Of a stretch of 64,000 bases of DNA, positions 62,463 to 64,000 are shown piece after piece; position 1 is the stretch's first letter, and every line of letters begins with the position of its first letter. This DNA comes from an uncultured Sphaerobacteraceae bacterium (GTDB taxonomy: Bacteria > Chloroflexota > Chloroflexia > Thermomicrobiales > UBA6265), in contig CAYWSE010000001.1 in assembly GCA_964461025.1 (NCBI GenBank), positions 56,414-120,413 on the forward strand, in the 5' to 3' direction. The notes below the pieces were generated by a model that worked only from the letters and a program-made list of their open reading frames with translations, made no database searches and was not told the DNA's origin. Both the position numbers and the translations under genes were made by a program.

Positions 62463-64000
62463 CTACTCCTCCATCCACCAGTTCTCGGAATCCCAGGTCG
62501 CATATTCCCAGGTGCTCACGGTGAATCCGTGCATCTTCAGGGAATACACACTGCCTTCCGCGAATTGCAGGATCGGGAAGACCACGACATCCTCACGAAG
62601 CGCGGTGGCGACGTTGCAGTAGTTCTCCCGGCGCACTTCGATGTCGGGTGACGAGTTGCCGGCTTCCAACCATTCGCCGACGTCTTCACGCACCCACCGA
62701 AGGAAGTTGTCACCACCGGGCAGATCAGCGCTCGGCACGTTGTCCGGGTGATAGGCGTTGGTAATGTCCTTGCCCGGCTCGGCAAACCATCCGCCATCGT
62801 AGATCAGAATGTCGTAATCGCCGTGCAGCCGGGGAGAGTTGTCCGCCCAGGTCCCGAAGATCACCGCAAATTCCTGATTCTCGATGCGCACGTCGATTCC
62901 GACGTTCATCAGGTCTTCCTGGACCGCCAGCTCGATGAGATCGAGTACGTCGAATCCGGTGTAGCCGTTCATCGCCATGCTGAGTTTGGTGCCGTCGTCG
63001 ACGCCTTCCACGCCATGCGCTTCGCGGACGCCGTCGCCATCCTCATCCCGCCACCCGGCTTCGTCGAGCAGTGCCATCGCGGCTTCCGGATCATGAGTGA
63101 ACGGCTCGACCTCGCACGCCATCCAGCCAACGGCAAGTGGTGAGTCGATATCGAACACAGTCGTGCCAGAGAGAAGCTCGTCGTTGATGCGGTCACGATT
63201 CACGGCCAGGGTGATCGCTTCGCGAACACGAATGTCGCCAAGCATCGGGTGTGGCGGCGCGACGCCGGGGTCGCCGTCGTATGGCATCGACAGATTGAAG
63301 CGCATCTGGACAACCCAGATGCCAGGCGCCGTGCGAGAAGCGCCGGTGCCGGCGGCGATGATCTGCTCTTCCGCTTCCTGTCCGGCCCAGAGCATGACCT
63401 CAGCGCCCTCTTCGATCATCAGCTGGGTGCGCACGGTCTCGTCTGGAATAACCAGGAAGGTCAAGCCATCGAGCGCCGGTTTGCCTTCTTCCCGGTAGTT
63501 CTCGTTGCGGGTGAGCGAGAGAAACTCACCGGAAGACCACTCGGCGAGTTTGAAGGGTCCGGTGCCGATGGGATTGCGGTTGAAGTCCCAGTTAAGCATG
63601 TCGGCCGGTTCGCCAGTAGCATGCTGCGGCAGAATCCACGGAAACTGATCGAGATACCCGGCATTGAATTCGGCATAGTGGACCACGACAGTCAGCGGAT
63701 CGGGCGTTTCGATCGATTCGATTCCCAGGTAGTCAGTGGCCAGCGCCGACCCGCTATCCGGGTGAACGGCCGCATCCCACGTGAACTTCACATCCTCGCT
63801 GGTGAACGGTTCTCCATCCGACCAGAGGACACCTTCCTTTAATTTCCAGGTGATCGTCAGGAGGTCTTCGGAAACGCCGCCATTCTCTGTCGACGGCAGT
63901 TCGGCCGCGAGAACCGGCACATAGTTGCCGTCAGGATCGTTCTCGGTCAGTCCTTCCGTGATCGACGTAATCACCTGATACGCGATGGTTGTCGCTCCCG
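62463..64000 (-). CDS. ABC transporter substrate-binding protein, family 5, N-terminus beyond the window edge
   Basis: ITWKLKEGVLWSDGEPFTSEDVKFTWD. No signal peptide lies within the window and the frame is open to nt 64000. Confidence 0.85.
   Translation of the reverse strand, partial: GATTIAYQVITSITEGLTENDPDGNYVPVLAAELPSTENGGVSEDLLTITWKLKEGVLWSDGEPFTSEDVKFTWDAAVHPDSGSALATDYLGIESIETPDPLTVVVHYAEFNAGYLDQFPWILPQHATGEPADMLNWDFNRNPIGTGPFKLAEWSSGEFLSLTRNENYREEGKPALDGLTFLVIPDETVRTQLMIEEGAEVMLWAGQEAEEQIIAAGTGASRTAPGIWVVQMRFNLSMPYDGDPGVAPPHPMLGDIRVREAITLAVNRDRINDELLSGTTVFDIDSPLAVGWMACEVEPFTHDPEAAMALLDEAGWRDEDGDGVREAHGVEGVDDGTKLSMAMNGYTGFDVLDLIELAVQEDLMNVGIDVRIENQEFAVIFGTWADNSPRLHGDYDILIYDGGWFAEPGKDITNAYHPDNVPSADLPGGDNFLRWVREDVGEWLEAGNSSPDIEVRRENYCNVATALREDVVVFPILQFAEGSVYSLKMHGFTVSTWEYATWDSENWWMEE

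Overview
This is a high-GC bacterial chromosomal segment; hand-counted 60-nt lines run about 62% GC, and I cannot assign a taxon from the sequence alone. It carries dnaA and many housekeeping genes: rnc, prs, dcd, ndk, nrdAB behind a cobalamin riboswitch, metE, ctaB and an enolase. It also holds two Opp/Dpp-type ABC importer operons with no ATPase genes, an amidase/acylase-rich catabolic cluster with a GntR regulator, an ECF sigma/anti-sigma pair, a hicBA module and many small VOC/PPOX/SDR-type genes. I found no rRNA, tRNA, CRISPR array, cas genes, prophage or classic defence island.

The unusual signal is in the non-coding fraction and in a few damaged genes:

1. **REP/RAYT system.** There are at least four hairpin-repeat (REP-like) families. 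Three of them start with GTAG/GTAC, and two IS200-like REP-associated tyrosine transposase (RAYT) genes accompany them. One RAYT is frameshifted. The other has copies of its own REP family embedded in frame inside its coding sequence.
2. **REPIN-like element.** A 129-142 bp element with 25-bp inverted termini occurs twice, plus one degenerate copy.
3. **Heptanucleotide arrays.** Many intergenic spacers are filled with degenerate tandem 7-nt repeats (CGTAGTC/GACTACG, CACCATC, TAGGCAA/TTGCCTA, CATTGCC). Some overlap or provide stop codons. One pair forms inverted arrays bracketing the TerC leader.
4. **Single-site lesions.** An in-frame TAA interrupts nrdA, an in-frame TGA interrupts hicA, and a -1 frameshift in a G-run interrupts a RAYT gene.
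5. **Left-edge island.** The first ~2.3 kb has lower GC and encodes a repeat/beta-helix-like protein and an HExxH protein.

All family calls come from motifs read by eye. No database search was possible.
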